Notes under the pieces: generated by a model
What the model saw: only the letters and a program-made list of their open reading frames with translations
What the model was told of the DNA's origin: nothing
Databases searched by the model: none
Position numbers and translations under genes: made by a program
Assembly: GCA_964405115.1 (NCBI GenBank)
Contig: CAYOMN010000001.1
Span: 5,755-65,923 of the forward strand
Direction of reading: 5' to 3'
DNA length: 60,169 nucleotides
Origin: an uncultured Candidatus Saccharibacteria bacterium
Lineage (GTDB): Bacteria; Patescibacteriota; Minisyncoccia; Phycocordibacterales; UBA1006
In this document: piece by piece, positions 18,422 to 28,109 of the stretch
Layout: each line of letters begins with the position of its first letter
Position numbering within the stretch: the first letter of the stretch is position 1

Positions 18422-18883
18422 TTATTCACCCGGGATATACGTATCCAACTCAATCTTCTCTATCCTCCTATAGTGACGGCCTCCTTCAAATTTTATTTCA
18501 AGCCAAAACAAAACTGATTCAAGCATTTCTTCGTTTGATAAAAACCTAGCTCCTATAGATAATATGTTTGCATCATTATGTTCACGCGATACTTTTATAA
18601 TTTCTGGGTCAAAATGATAATAAACAACTGCCCTAACGTTTTGAAATCTATTTGCAACAATCGCTTCTCCTTGCCCAGATCCACCAAATATTATTGCCTT
18701 ATTATTTTCAGGGTCTAGAGAAACTTCTTCCGCTGCTAATTTAATATAATCAGGGTAATCATCGTCTTTTTCATATTGAAAAGCTCCATGATCAATAACT
18801 TCATGTCCTAATTCTAATAATGCCTCTTTAAGAAATTCTTTCATTTCAAAACCAGCATGATCTGTAGCTAAATGTATATTCAT
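18422..18883 (-). CDS. rpiB: ribose 5-phosphate isomerase B
   Basis: ATDHAGFEMK...GGSGQGEAIVANR. Confidence 0.88.
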   Translation of the reverse strand: MNIHLATDHAGFEMKEFLKEALLELGHEVIDHGAFQYEKDDDYPDYIKLAAEEVSLDPENNKAIIFGGSGQGEAIVANRFQNVRAVVYYHFDPEIIKVSREHNDANILSIGARFLSNEEMLESVLFWLEIKFEGGRHYRRIEKIELDTYIPGE

Positions 18884-18912
18884 ACTATGAGTATAACTTC
18901 TTAAATATCAAT

Positions 18913-19338
18913 TTACAAACTTTTTTCAATGGCATAAAGTGTTAAATTTTGCACATGCTTAAACCTATCAGCTTCAAGTTTAATCCCTCCATACCAACGA
19001 GTAACACAAACAACGGTATTTATCATATTCTTTTTCTGAAGCATCCGCAGAATAACATTCCCTGCTCCCGTCTCTCCATCATCATTTTTTGATTCATAAA
19101 CAACTCCGTCATTTGAAATACGCACTGCCCAAGTATGATGAGTCGCCTTGTGGTGATTTTTTATTTTTTTTGTTCTTTGAATAAACTTTTTAATATCTTC
19201 ACGATTTTTCACCTTCCCAATAGAAACAGAATAGACCGAACGCCTATCAGTAATAATTTTTTCAAAATTTTGAAACTCCTCGTGTAGTTCAAAACCATCT
19301 CCAAAGTCTATTTTTAATATTTTTTTATTCTGAGTCAT
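18913..19338 (-). CDS. IMPACT/YigZ family (UPF0029) protein
   Basis: HHTWAV...DDGETGAG...VCVTRWYGGIKL. Confidence 0.7.
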   Translation of the reverse strand: MTQNKKILKIDFGDGFELHEEFQNFEKIITDRRSVYSVSIGKVKNREDIKKFIQRTKKIKNHHKATHHTWAVRISNDGVVYESKNDDGETGAGNVILRMLQKKNMINTVVCVTRWYGGIKLEADRFKHVQNLTLYAIEKSL

Positions 19339-19761
19339 TTTGCCTTTTTAAATCATCGTGAACTTCCATAATAATTTTCCCTAAAATATTTTTTCCTTCA
19401 CCTGCTTCTAAATCAACACCCCCAAAAAGTATCACCCCCAATCATTTCCTTCTTGTATAAATTCATCACCTGTTGCAAGAAATTTTTCTTTTAACTCTCT
19501 CACAAAATTTTATTTTTATAAGCTCTTTCATAATATCCACCTTTACATTTTCCCAGTCATCATGAAGGTAAATCTCCATACTAAGTTTTTTTAATATTGT
19601 ATGATATATCCATTTACACAAAAATCCTGCCAAGCTTCGGATAAGTTTTTCTGCGCCATATAAGCATGCTTAACACTCTTGTAAATTTCCCCATTATAGC
19701 TAATTTCAATAGACCAAAAATTCAAAAGCCAACGATATTCGTTTTGAAATTCTTTTATCAT
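19325..19761 (-). pseudogene. NADAR (YbiA/DUF1768) family pseudogene, multiply frameshifted
   Basis: Family-typical pieces lie in three different frames. These are MIKEFQNEYRWLLNFWSIEISYNGEIYKSVKHAYMAQK..*, then ..DDWENVKVDIMKELIKIKF.., then ELKEKFLATGDEFIQEGNDWG*, then GDTFWG, then VDLEAGEGKNILGKIIMEVHDDLK. Two of the shifts sit at G5 runs. Confidence 0.7.
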
Positions 19762-19878
19762 AAGAAAAGTATAACATTTTCTATATAATCTTGTGTATAT
19801 GAAAAATAAATAAAAAAATTATCCTTAAAAAACCAAAATACATCACGCAAAGAAAAATGTGGGGTATTTTTCTGTTTT

Positions 19879-20955
19879 TTATTTTTTCTTTGTTTTTCCA
19901 CGGCGGGTGGAGCGAAAGCTTTGCTTACCAACACGATTTTTTGATGATTGTTTTCCTGCCTGTCGCATCTGCTTCGCTGTTTTTTGTGATTCATCTTGTA
20001 AATTTAAATAGCGATCATATACTTCTTTTTGGATATCTCCATTCTTAAGCGCTTCTTTAACTACACAACCTGACTCATTAGTATGTCCACAGTTTGAAAA
20101 TTTACAGCATAAAGAGATTTGTTCTATTTTATTGAAGCTTTTCTTAAAAACTTCAATGTCATCAATATGCATTCCAAATTCACGTGTTCCGGGTGTATCA
20201 ATGACTAAGATACCATTTTTCAATTTAATTAATCGTCGTGCAGTAGTTGTATGTTTTCCTTTTCCAGTAGATTTCACAATTTCTTGCGTCTTAAGAACAT
20301 TCTCACCTAACATATGATTAATAATTGAACTTTTCCCTACACCAGATGAACCAATAAAAATTATTGTTTCTCTTTCTTTTAAATTATGTTCTAATCTATC
20401 AACCCCCTCTTCTGTCTTATACGAAGTGAAAATTATTTGAATATCTTTATTAATTTCATTTAGTTCTTTCTTTATTCTTAAAATCTCGTCTTTACCTGCC
20501 ATGTCAGTTTTATTAATCACTACAAGTGGAACAACTCCTGCTTCATATACATGAACAAGAATTCGTTCTAAACGCTTTACACTATAATCTAAACCAATCG
20601 CTTGGACAATAATAGTCTTATCTATATTTGAAGCAATGATTTTAGGAAAAGAATCATATTTTTTTTGACGTTTTATAAATGATTTTCTTTTTAAAACCTC
20701 AGCAATTATATATGTTCCTGCTTCTTTGTTTATAAGAACCCAATCTCCAACGGAGGGTTTAGAAAATGGATTTTTTTGAAATTGTAAATTTCCCAATACT
20801 TCACAAGAAAAAATACCGTCATTTTTTATTACCTCATATTTTGACCTATGAACAGAAATGACTCGTCCATGTTCCAGATTTCTATTCTTGGATAAGTTTT
20901 TTGCATTAGCAAAAAACTTATCCCAACCATATTCTTTTAAATCAACTTCATACAT
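19879..20955 (-). CDS. rsgA: ribosome small-subunit-dependent GTPase A
   Basis: Motifs GSSGVGKSSIIN and DTPG, plus the C-terminal zinc motif CKFSNCGHTNESGC. Confidence 0.88.
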   Translation of the reverse strand: MYEVDLKEYGWDKFFANAKNLSKNRNLEHGRVISVHRSKYEVIKNDGIFSCEVLGNLQFQKNPFSKPSVGDWVLINKEAGTYIIAEVLKRKSFIKRQKKYDSFPKIIASNIDKTIIVQAIGLDYSVKRLERILVHVYEAGVVPLVVINKTDMAGKDEILRIKKELNEINKDIQIIFTSYKTEEGVDRLEHNLKERETIIFIGSSGVGKSSIINHMLGENVLKTQEIVKSTGKGKHTTTARRLIKLKNGILVIDTPGTREFGMHIDDIEVFKKSFNKIEQISLCCKFSNCGHTNESGCVVKEALKNGDIQKEVYDRYLNLQDESQKTAKQMRQAGKQSSKNRVGKQSFRSTRRGKTKKK

Positions 20956-21028
20956 ATTTTCATTATAACTAAGATAGTAAAACTATAACAGGTGAATAAT
21001 AAAATACGACATGAATCACTTCTCATTA

Positions 21029-21721
21029 TTAAGAGATAGTAGTCCCTTCAAATTCTTTGCTATTTAAATAATTTTCTAGATTCTTTAATGAAGCACCTAT
21101 AACAACAACCTTAATATCATTTTCTCTAGCAAAACGAGATGCAATTGGATCAAAGGGTGATGATAGTCCAGGAGTCCATTCTTCTGGTATTAATTCTAAA
21201 TATTCATCCCAAGTAAGTTTTTCAATTTTTTTAGCATCTGGATTTTTACTTGGGTCTGAATCATAAACATGTGTAATATTAGAAAAATTAATAAGACTAT
21301 CTCCATCTAAAACTTTTACAAGTTCTACTGCATCTTTATCAGATGAACACCCTGGTTCCAACGCACCAACAATTATTACACTATTTTCAATATCTTTTGC
21401 ATCTTCCCATTTTTCTATTACTTTGTTATGTACATCTAGATCAGAGAATATACGTAACATCAATTCACAATTTAATCTAATTGATTTTATTCCAATCCAA
21501 TCTAAATCTGTATTAGTTACATTATCAAATTTTCTGGCAGCAGATTGATATCTACGTGCCGTTTTACCACCACCAATTACAAGTACAACTCGATAATCAT
21601 TTTCTATTATTGATTTTAATATCCATTTCAATTCTTTAATAAATCTAAAATCAATTTCATCTGGAACTAGCAAAGAACCACCAACTGAAATTACAATAGT
21701 CTTCTTAAAATTTGTTGTCAT
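21029..21721 (-). CDS. pyrH: UMP kinase, archaeal-type (amino-acid kinase fold)
   Basis: Motifs VISVGGSLL, VIGGGKTARRY, LDWIGI and PGCSSD. Confidence 0.7.
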   Translation of the reverse strand: MTTNFKKTIVISVGGSLLVPDEIDFRFIKELKWILKSIIENDYRVVLVIGGGKTARRYQSAARKFDNVTNTDLDWIGIKSIRLNCELMLRIFSDLDVHNKVIEKWEDAKDIENSVIIVGALEPGCSSDKDAVELVKVLDGDSLINFSNITHVYDSDPSKNPDAKKIEKLTWDEYLELIPEEWTPGLSSPFDPIASRFARENDIKVVVIGASLKNLENYLNSKEFEGTTIS

Positions 21722-21748
21722 AAATAATAATATTATTTAATAATTTAA

Positions 21749-22342
21749 TTAATAATTAAGTTTCTCAATTATCTCATCAAACACTTTTTCAACAGTCTGC
21801 TCTCCATTTATATCAATAACTGCATATTTATCCTTTTTCTTGAAATGATTAATAACAGGAACAACATTATCCTTATACCAATTCAACCGTTTTTCAATAA
21901 TCTCTCTATTTTTGTCATCATCTCTTGCACGTTTAATCATACGGTTGCGAACTTCATCATGAGACACTTCAACATTAATAATTTTTACATTCTCTAGTTG
22001 ATAATATTGAACAGCTGAATCAAACATTAATGCCTGACTAATCGTCCTAGGGAAGCCATCAAGAATCAGCATTTTTTCAGGGGTAAGCTTTGTAACAAGT
22101 TCATTAACAAGAAGCCAACTTGTAATAAAGTCTGGTGCTAATTCCCCATGACCAAGAATATTTTTCATCTGATGGCTTGTATATCCATCTCTCTCAACAA
22201 AAGATCTGAAATTAGCCCCTGAATCATAATGAATAATATTTGTCTCTGGATATTTGTTTTTTATATACTTTTTTAATAAGATAATTTGAGTTCCCTTTCC
22301 AGATCCAGAACTCCCTATAAATACAAGTGTATCTTTTTTCAT
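21749..22342 (-). CDS. adk: adenylate kinase
   Basis: P-loop GSSGSGKGTQ and the motif ILDGFPRT. Confidence 0.8.
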   Translation of the reverse strand: MKKDTLVFIGSSGSGKGTQIILLKKYIKNKYPETNIIHYDSGANFRSFVERDGYTSHQMKNILGHGELAPDFITSWLLVNELVTKLTPEKMLILDGFPRTISQALMFDSAVQYYQLENVKIINVEVSHDEVRNRMIKRARDDDKNREIIEKRLNWYKDNVVPVINHFKKKDKYAVIDINGEQTVEKVFDEIIEKLNY

Positions 22343-22445
22343 ACCAAAATAATTGTAACAGATTCAAATAAAAAGTCATAAACTACATACAATAAGAATT
22401 CTGATAGTATAAAAATAAAAACCTAATTAGGTTTTTATTTTTATA

Positions 22446-22733
22446 CTATTCTGAAGATTCTACAATTGGCTCTGAAGATTCTTCCTCTTTACCTGGTTCA
22501 TCAATTTTTACATTAACTCGTTCTTGATTCTTCATACCACAAACGCGAATTAAAGTCCGCATAGCTTTTGCTGTTGCCCCTTGTCGTCCAATTACCTGCC
22601 CCATATCATCTGGATTTACAGAAAGTGTCAATAACACTCCCATTTCATCAACAGTTCGTATAACTTTTACATCGTCTGAATTTTCTACCAATCCTTTTAC
22701 AATATATTCCAAATATTCTTTCGGTTCAATCAT
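22446..22733 (-). CDS. KH-domain RNA-binding protein (UPF0109/YlqC-like)
   Basis: Motif VIGRQGATAKAMRTL. Confidence 0.75.
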   Translation of the reverse strand: MIEPKEYLEYIVKGLVENSDDVKVIRTVDEMGVLLTLSVNPDDMGQVIGRQGATAKAMRTLIRVCGMKNQERVNVKIDEPGKEEESSEPIVESSE

Positions 22734-22897
22734 TTTTGTTTTTTCTGTTAACCTTAAATTATTAATCTAAGGATTATTTTTAATTAGCTAATTTAACACA
22801 CAAGTGTGTCTTGTACATTATATTATTTTTAACAAAAAAGAAAACTTTTTAAAATATAATCTTTTTGTTAAAAATTTTAACTAGGATGGCGTTTTAT

Positions 22898-23368
22898 CTA
22901 CCAAGCGAAGTGAGCAAATGCTTTATTGGCAGCAGCCATTTTGTGAACATTTTCCTTCTTCTTAACTGCTTCACCTTCATTATTTGCTGCGAGAATTAAT
23001 TCATCGGCAAGAAAAAACTTCATATCTTTACCCTTCTTATTTCGCGCACTGTTAATAATCCAACGCATTGCTAGTTGTTTTTGTCGTGCTGGTCGTACTT
23101 CTACCGGAACCTGGTAGTTAGCCCCACCGACACGCCGTGAGCGAACTTCGGTAACTGGACCTGCGTTTTTCAACGCTGCTTCAAAAACTTCTAGTGGTTC
23201 TTTATCTTTTACATTTTCCATAATGATATCCATAGACCCATACACAATCTTTCGTGCAGTTTCTTTTTTACCATCAAGCATTATATAATTGATAAAACGA
23301 GCTAAATCTATTGATCCAAATTTTTCTTCCGCAGAAGGGGCTCGTCTATTTTTTACTGGTCTTCTCAT
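22898..23368 (-). CDS. rpsG: 30S ribosomal protein S7
   Basis: Full-length S7 pattern ending AFAHFAW. Confidence 0.95.
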   Translation of the reverse strand: MRRPVKNRRAPSAEEKFGSIDLARFINYIMLDGKKETARKIVYGSMDIIMENVKDKEPLEVFEAALKNAGPVTEVRSRRVGGANYQVPVEVRPARQKQLAMRWIINSARNKKGKDMKFFLADELILAANNEGEAVKKKENVHKMAAANKAFAHFAW

Positions 23369-23374
23369 AATAAT

Positions 23375-23788
23375 TTATTCTTTTGGTTTTTTAGCTCCAT
23401 ATCTAGATCTAGACTTTTTTCGTCCATCTACTCCAGTAGCATCCAAAACTCCTCGTACAATAGTATATCGTACCCCAATAAGATCCTTTACACGTCCACC
23501 TCGCAACATAACAACAGAGTGCTCCTGCAAAGAATGTCCCATTCCTGGAATATATGCAGTAACCTCCATTCCATTTGTTAAACGAACACGTGCAATTTTA
23601 CGTAACGCAGAGTTTGGTTTTTTAGGAGTCATTGTTGTTACTTTTGTACAAACACCTCTTTTAAATGGAGATGGATAACGTGTTGGTTTATTTTTCAAAG
23701 AGTTAAACCCTCTTCGTAAAGCAACAGCCTTTGGCTTTGTTGTAACCTTTTTTCGTCCTTTTTTTATTAATTGATTAATTCTTGCCAT
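23375..23788 (-). CDS. rpsL: 30S ribosomal protein S12
   Basis: Motifs KKPNSALRK and [14 protein letters not shown]. Confidence 0.95.
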   Translation of the reverse strand: MARINQLIKKGRKKVTTKPKAVALRRGFNSLKNKPTRYPSPFKRGVCTKVTTMTPKKPNSALRKIARVRLTNGMEVTAYIPGMGHSLQEHSVVMLRGGRVKDLIGVRYTIVRGVLDATGVDGRKKSRSRYGAKKPKE

Positions 23789-23798
23789 AATTGTTTAG

Positions 23799-23823
23799 TT
23801 TACAATTTACAATTTACAATTTT
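23799..23823. repeat. tandem heptamer (tttacaa) x3.4 just upstream of rpsL
   Basis: Read directly from the sequence. It overlaps the putative -10 (TAAACT) of rpsL. Confidence 0.8.
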
Positions 23824-23971
23824 CATTGAATTTTCAATGTCTTAATTGAGGAATGATAAATCGATTTTTCTCACAAAATATCTTTATTGAAATCATCAAT
23901 AAAGATATTGAGATAATAAACACATTACTATAATTTATTTAATTTGCAAGAAAGAATCTCATTGAAAATTT

Positions 23972-24614
23972 TTATTTGAAGCTTAAATCTATTGATTTTG
24001 AAATATCATTTTTTAACTTTCCATTTTTAAGTTCATTAATCTGGGTATCCATATTTTCTATTCTTTGTTCCAAAAATCCTCTTGTCGTTTTATATAAAAG
24101 CCTACTATAATCACTCTGTTGATCCGATAAATCTCGCAATTTATTTTCTAATTTTTCATTTCTCTGACCAAATTTTCCTAATCCATTTTATAGTGAAAGC
24201 ATTTTATTAGTAAGCTGCTGCAATCTCTCTACTTCTTTAGAAAGTAAATTGTAAGAAGAATCATCATTAAATTTTCCACCCAATAACCCACTAATCTGTT
24301 CAAGTTGAGATTCTGCTAAATTTAAACCCATATCTTTTTCCATACCGTAAGAAGAATCTAATGCTGGCTGATTGAATATCAACCCATTTCTCTTTTAACA
24401 AATCAAAAGGAATTCCAAGAACCATATCAAATTCTGGCTTATACATAGAAAAAACTTTTTCTGGATTAGACTCTGGTGATAATTTGTTTTCATTTTCTAA
24501 ATCTAATGTATTCATTTTTGTTTCTGCGCTTAGTAAAAAATTTTCCATTCCCATAATATTATCTTTAATATTTCTTACAAGTATCAAGATTGCACCATGC
24601 GCAGAAAAAATCAA
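23972..24614 (-). pseudogene. disrupted coiled-coil protein gene (one frameshift plus one in-frame TAA)
   Basis: Track ORFs 24300..24614 and 24188..24382 overlap in different frames. After the TAA at 24188..24190, the same frame stays open for 71 more codons (NGLGKFGQRNEKLENKLRDLSDQQSDY...SIDLSFK) to the TAA at 23972..23974. Confidence 0.5.
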
Positions 24615-24730
24615 CTAAGATCAACAAATTTTTACTTTATCTGTGGATAATTTTGTTTTGTGTTTTTTTAAGATTTCGAGTAGTGGTGCTAAAGACTTCG
24701 CTTTTCGCATCTAATAAATTTCTTTTACAA

Positions 24731-25330
24731 CTAAAATACCAGTAAATGATACAAATAGAAAATAATAGGAGAAATAAATTTCCAACCGTACATAATAAAA
24801 ATTATTAGAATAATAATTGAATATCTCTTGAAAAACTCTTTTAAATATGAAAATCTTTCTGGTAAAATTGCATACAATATATGATGTCCATCTAATGGAG
24901 GTAATGGTATTAAATTAAATACAGCAAGAGCTATATTTGTGATAATAATTCCACTCATAAATGAATACATAAATGCCGACACTGTCACAAATTTCAAAAA
25001 AACAGCAAATATAACAGCAAGCCCAATATTTGCAAGCGGACCAGCAAGTGCAACTAAAGCTCCTCCCCATTTTTTATTTCGTAAGTTATGCGGATTAAAT
25101 GGCACAGGTTTTGCCCAACCGACAACAAAAGGAGCGCCAGATATAACTAAAAATACTGGTAAAATAACAGAGCCAAACCAATCAAGATGTGCTAATGGAT
25201 TTAATGTTAATCTTCCCGCTAATCTTGGTGTTGGATCGCCCATTGAATCCGCCGCATAGCCATGAGCAAGTTCATGAATAACAACTGAAATTATTAAAAT
25301 AACTACAAATATAATTTTTTCTGTTTGCAT
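24731..25330 (-). CDS. site-2 protease family (M50) membrane metalloprotease
   Basis: HELAHG motif in a polytopic membrane protein. Confidence 0.8.
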   Translation of the reverse strand: MQTEKIIFVVILIISVVIHELAHGYAADSMGDPTPRLAGRLTLNPLAHLDWFGSVILPVFLVISGAPFVVGWAKPVPFNPHNLRNKKWGGALVALAGPLANIGLAVIFAVFLKFVTVSAFMYSFMSGIIITNIALAVFNLIPLPPLDGHHILYAILPERFSYLKEFFKRYSIIILIIFIMYGWKFISPIIFYLYHLLVF

Positions 25331-25398
25331 AATATAGAGTATATGATACTATCTCATTATTACAAACGAGATATATCTATCTCGCAAGAAAAAGTATT

Positions 25399-25644
25399 AT
25401 GTCAAGAATTTGTCCAATTACAAAAAAAGGTTCGCAGGTAGGTGGTGGATACAGTAACAGAACTCGTGCTACTGAATTTAACTCAACTGGAAAACGAAGA
25501 CGTTATCCTAATTTACAAAAAAAACGAATTTATGTTCCTGAACTTGATAAAACCTTTGTTATGAAAATCTCAACAGAGGCTATAAAAAACATCAAAAAAA
25601 ATGGAGCTTATAAAACCCTAAAGAAAGCAGGAATTATAAAATAA
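25399..25644 (+). CDS. rpmB: 50S ribosomal protein L28
   Basis: MSRICPITKKGSQVGGGYSNRTRAT... matches the L28 pattern. Confidence 0.85.
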   Translation: MSRICPITKKGSQVGGGYSNRTRATEFNSTGKRRRYPNLQKKRIYVPELDKTFVMKISTEAIKNIKKNGAYKTLKKAGIIK

Positions 25645-25689
25645 AAGATACGATTTATCGTATCTTTTATTTTATATAATTAGCAATTA

Positions 25690-26364
25690 TTAAGCAGCTT
25701 CTCGCATACCAGATTCTTCTGATAAATTAATATTATCTTCCTCTTCAAGTATGTTAATTCTGTTTTCAAGACGACTCTTTAACTCATTTAAGAGATGGAT
25801 ATTATTTTCTATTAACTCTACTTTCTTTTCTGCAAGTCTAAATTGTTCACGTAATATAGGTATCTCATTCCCCACTTCTTTATCTTCAGGAATAATATCA
25901 CCTAACTGTTTATAACCATCTGGAAAAACTGCATCAAAATAAGATAATTCATCTTTATTTGAATCATATTTCTTAAAATCTTCAAGCTCATTATAATTTT
26001 TTAAATAATTGATAACTCCTTTTACTTCACTTCTAATTATATGATCTTTTTTTCTTAAAGACTCAATATCAAGATTGACATTATTAATCTTATTATTAAG
26101 ATTTTCAATCTTGTTTTTATCTTCAACTATTTGATTTAAATCATATTCAATATGATCTTCAAAACCATCATCTAAAGAATGTATCTCCACTAATTCCTTT
26201 TTCTTAAAATCTTCAAGATTTTTTTCTATACTCTTTCTATTTTGTTTATTTTCTAATACTTCACCTAAAACAACTTCTTGATTGTCAGCATTATTATCTA
26301 CTATATTTTCTATTTTTGAATTCGGTTTTTGTATTGTATCACTTTTTTCTTTCAAATTTTCCAT
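25690..26364 (-). CDS. acidic coiled-coil hypothetical protein
   Basis: 224-aa ORF, heptad-rich and rich in E/N/K. I recognise no family. Confidence 0.4.
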   Translation of the reverse strand: MENLKEKSDTIQKPNSKIENIVDNNADNQEVVLGEVLENKQNRKSIEKNLEDFKKKELVEIHSLDDGFEDHIEYDLNQIVEDKNKIENLNNKINNVNLDIESLRKKDHIIRSEVKGVINYLKNYNELEDFKKYDSNKDELSYFDAVFPDGYKQLGDIIPEDKEVGNEIPILREQFRLAEKKVELIENNIHLLNELKSRLENRINILEEEDNINLSEESGMREAA

Positions 26365-26460
26365 AATACTTTTATATAATATATTATATACATAATAACT
26401 AAATCTTATTAACTATATATACAGTATATATCATATATACAACATTGTCAAATATAATAA

Positions 26461-27324
26461 CTACCTCCTCAAAGACCATTCACCTTCTTCAAACTCGAAA
26501 ATTATATCACCCATTTCACATGTCGATAAATCTTCTATATTATTTTCATCTAATATTTTTAAAACTTCTGCATTTGGATGTCCATATTTATTATTACAGC
26601 CTGCAGAAATTATTCCATATTTTGGACCAACTTCTTCTACAAAAATACTATCTGATGATGTTTTAGACCCGTGATGTCCAAGTTTTAAAATATCAGAATT
26701 CAAAGCATCTCCATACATTGAGACAAGATTTCTTTCAATTAATTTTGAAGCATCTCCTGTTAATAAAATGGATTTATCTCTATATACAAGTTTTATAACA
26801 ACAGAATGATCATTTGGATTCTCTATTTCTTGATTAAGATATGGAGAAAGTATCTCAAGATACATTCCTTCGTCAATAAATATCTTCTCTCCAGAAACTG
26901 CAGTTCTAACAATAATACCACTATTCTTAACTTTTTTTGCAATACTTCTGTACACAGGAGCCCCAGCCAATAAACCAGAATGTATAAAATAATCAACACT
27001 ATATTCATCTAATATAGAATTAAAACCAGAAATATGATCTATATCAGGGTGTGTTGCAATAATAATATCAAGTGATCTATCTGAAATTGGCATATACTTT
27101 GCAATTTTCATTGAAATATCAGCATATTTCCCAGAATCAATTAATACTTGCCTACCATTTGGAGCAATGACAAGAATCGAATCTCCCTGTCCGACATCTA
27201 AAAAAATAATCTTTGGATTCCTATTTAAACTAACTTCACTAAAAAATAAAAATAAAGAGGATATTCCTATAACAACCAATACCCAAAAGGACATGTATTC
27301 TTGAATATGTTTTTTAATATCCAT
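26461..27324 (-). CDS. ComEC-type MBL-fold hydrolase with N-terminal TM anchor (the C-terminal ComEC module as a separate gene)
   Basis: Motifs FLDVGQGDSILV, ATHPDIDHISG and LKLGHHGSKTSS. Confidence 0.8.
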   Translation of the reverse strand: MDIKKHIQEYMSFWVLVVIGISSLFLFFSEVSLNRNPKIIFLDVGQGDSILVIAPNGRQVLIDSGKYADISMKIAKYMPISDRSLDIIIATHPDIDHISGFNSILDEYSVDYFIHSGLLAGAPVYRSIAKKVKNSGIIVRTAVSGEKIFIDEGMYLEILSPYLNQEIENPNDHSVVIKLVYRDKSILLTGDASKLIERNLVSMYGDALNSDILKLGHHGSKTSSDSIFVEEVGPKYGIISAGCNNKYGHPNAEVLKILDENNIEDLSTCEMGDIIFEFEEGEWSLRR

Positions 27325-27382
27325 ATTTAATATTATGACATAATATATTTACATTAAAAATACAAAAAGATTAATCTACAAA

Positions 27383-27970
27383 TTAATTATTTGCATTAGT
27401 AAAATAAAAATTAACAATATCAGATACATGTTTTTCTGAAGATTTTAAATCTCCCGTCTTATTTATAATTGTTTCATCAAATGAATCTTCTAAAACAAGC
27501 TCTTTCTTAAATCTATTAATACGTACCTTTAATTGTTCTTCTGTTTCAGAATTACGATATTTTAACCTCTTTTTTAAAGAATTAATTGATTCTGTTTTAA
27601 TAAAAACAATATATACTTTTTCTCCATATATCTTTCTTAGATTAAGTGCCCCTAGAACATCTATATCTAAAATTACCTTTCTACCTAATTTTATTATCTT
27701 ATCTATCTCAGATTTTAATGTTCCATAAAATACACCTGGGTAAACTTCTTCGTATTCAATAAAATCTCCAGCTTCTATCTTTTTCTTGAAATTATCATTC
27801 GATAAAAAATAATAATCTTTTCCTGGAACATCACCTTGTCGTATCGCACGTGTTGTAGCAGACACAGAAAACATAAATTGATCAAAGTTTTTAACTAAAA
27901 ACTTAACCAATGTAGATTTACCAACACCAGATGGGCCTGCAAATACAATAATATCTTTTTCTTCTCTCAT
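27383..27970 (-). CDS. gmk: guanylate kinase
   Basis: P-loop GPSGVGKST and the GMP-binding pattern. Confidence 0.88.
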   Translation of the reverse strand: MREEKDIIVFAGPSGVGKSTLVKFLVKNFDQFMFSVSATTRAIRQGDVPGKDYYFLSNDNFKKKIEAGDFIEYEEVYPGVFYGTLKSEIDKIIKLGRKVILDIDVLGALNLRKIYGEKVYIVFIKTESINSLKKRLKYRNSETEEQLKVRINRFKKELVLEDSFDETIINKTGDLKSSEKHVSDIVNFYFTNANN

Positions 27971-28109
27971 AAAAAAATTATACCATATCTATGGTTTATT
28001 TTTACTAATAAATTAACAAAAGTAAAATACTTAATTTAAACAGTAAAAAAGAAAGATTTTTATTAACACAATAAGACAAAATCAAGTCATAAATAAAATT
28101 ATAGTAAAT

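Noticed and set aside
23972-24614. A FliD-like (flagellar cap) identity for the disrupted coiled-coil gene
   Set aside because: The only basis is a vague heptad resemblance in the C-terminal piece. No flagellar genes are present in the window, and I cannot support the call from sequence.
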